Shown here piece after piece: positions 62,337 through 64,000 of a stretch of 64,000 nt of DNA. Position 1 is the first letter of the stretch. Each line of letters opens with the position of its first letter. The translations under genes and the position numbers were made by a program. The notes below the pieces were generated by a model. It was given only the letters and a program-made list of their open reading frames with translations. It did no database searches and was not told the DNA's origin. Source of the stretch: Tubulanus polymorphus (taxonomy: Eukaryota; Animalia; Nemertea); the NCBI RefSeq assembly GCF_964204645.1, contig NC_134029.1:6944001-7008000 (forward strand). Direction: 5' to 3'.

Positions 62337-64000
62337 GTAAGTAGCGGATAGGTTATCTTAGGCATTTTCTTTTACAATCGAGGGCATTTCTTACACCTGT
62401 TGATGGTCTATAGAAAGAGTCCGAAACCTCGTGTCATTGCTTTTACATTCTTGTGTAAAAGGAATTTCATTTTGAATCCATTAAATTTGTGCGTAAGTTG
62501 GTTTTAAACTTATAATCTATATTCTCACATCAGAGTGTGGCTATTCTGCTATGTTATTACCAGCGTTACCTTCACGTGCAACATTTTAATTCTGTCTTCG
62601 GCTTGCTATTAGGGTGGGGGAGTCTAAGCTCGTCTTTGTTAATGTAAAGCCTTGGCGTTAGTGGGATGGGAGCGTTGTTGGATGCAGCGATACAACACTG
62701 ACTAAATGATTGAAAACTCCAAATCCTTCCTAAATTAAACGACTAATGAAACGGAATAGTTCTTTAGCGTTATGATCGGAAAAACTCGTATTCAAACCAC
62801 AAATCGCCTTATGTCCAATCCTTAACAAAGTGAGGTTTCCCAGCGGGATTCTCATCCATAAATTGATGTAAGAAGAATTAACTTAATGTGTCGCTCTGAA
62901 TGAGACTATTGGGGGCTTGATATTACTCGCGTGAGCACGTGTGCATTTTTGGGTTCTCCGGCTGGAGGTATTGAAATAACTGATAAAAATCTTGAAAATC
63001 TGCCTTGACATTTGGCAGTTCATAACGTCGAATCAAAATAGAATGCCTTGGTGTGTTTTTGTATAACAAGCTTTTAATCGCCTAATAGTCGGAGGTAACT
63101 AAAACGATCCTTTTTCTCGATGACGTCAAAGTATAAGATTTTTTATTGAGGCGTGTTTTGAAAAATTGCTGCGTGGGTTTGTTATCTTTTTTTCGTCTGC
63201 GCAGGGGAGTAGTCTGTCAAGCAGTTGCAGTCAGCAGACACCGCGCCTGACGCCAATCGGAACTCGCTAAACTTTTGTCGTTTAGAACCCATTAGCAAAT
63301 GGACCTGAAAAGATTGGATTTTCTCGCATAATTTTTGTTCACCTCGGCGGCTTTTCATGACATCTTGTTTACTTAAGAGAGTATCGTTTTTATCCATTAC
63401 ATGAGATGCCGACTATGTTGGTGTGATGAACGAATCTTCGTCGTTTGCCAGACCTTTTAAAAGAACAAGCAATATCGTAACAGGCCATAGTTATCGTATG
63501 CACCAGATGAAGCGAGGGGGTATATTATGATTTTGGCTGTACCACGCCCGCTTCAACGTACGCGAAGTTTGCTTCACCGCGATAACTCGAAAACTGGTTG
63601 AGATGAAATCTTTAAATTTTCAAGTTACACGTATGGTAACAGTAATCACATTCAAGAGGGCTGACAAGCGGTCATCTTGGATTCCGAAAACGTATGCGCA
63701 TTTTGGCCTATATCGTATCGCATCGGTTTATGACTCGTTGAAAGGCTTTTGAAGCCTATTTCTAGTCGAATCTTATGGCACAAGTGCATTACTACAGAGT
63801 TGATTAACGTGAATAAAAAGTTTCTCTCGCCAGTGTTTGTCCAGTTTGTTCTTGAAATGGATGGTGCAATATCGACAGTGCCGACCATACAACTTTTATT
63901 TCATAGAAAGTATTGATATTTCACACGGAAATGTTAGTATATATCAGTATATGAATCCAGATCATAATACCATCCAAAATGGCTGACTGGCGGCTGATTC

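Overview
AT-rich, intron-rich eukaryotic DNA from an invertebrate animal; nothing prokaryotic and no CRISPR array. Two spliced + strand genes are supported, and most ORFs in the supplied track are spurious. (1) The 3' end of a divergent bHLH-PAS-family gene has four exons between 167 and 2760, encoding a PAS-B/PAC domain with mixed CLOCK-like and Methoprene-tolerant-like features plus a short tail. (2) A small-conductance Ca2+-activated K+ channel gene (SK/KCNN) has coding exons at 34994-35827, 47894-47989, 60330-60748 and 62201-62336, covering S1 to the start of S6 including the GYG filter, and continues past the window. It probably has non-coding 5' exons further upstream. The rest is intergenic or intronic DNA with MITE-like inverted-repeat elements, LINE remnants and microsatellites. 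The most notable non-coding signals are an apparently intact minimal type I hammerhead ribozyme (18679-18720, - strand) and a head-to-head palindromic pair of damaged hammerheads (~25511-25688), both of the Penelope-like-element type. All calls were made by eye; no searches were run.
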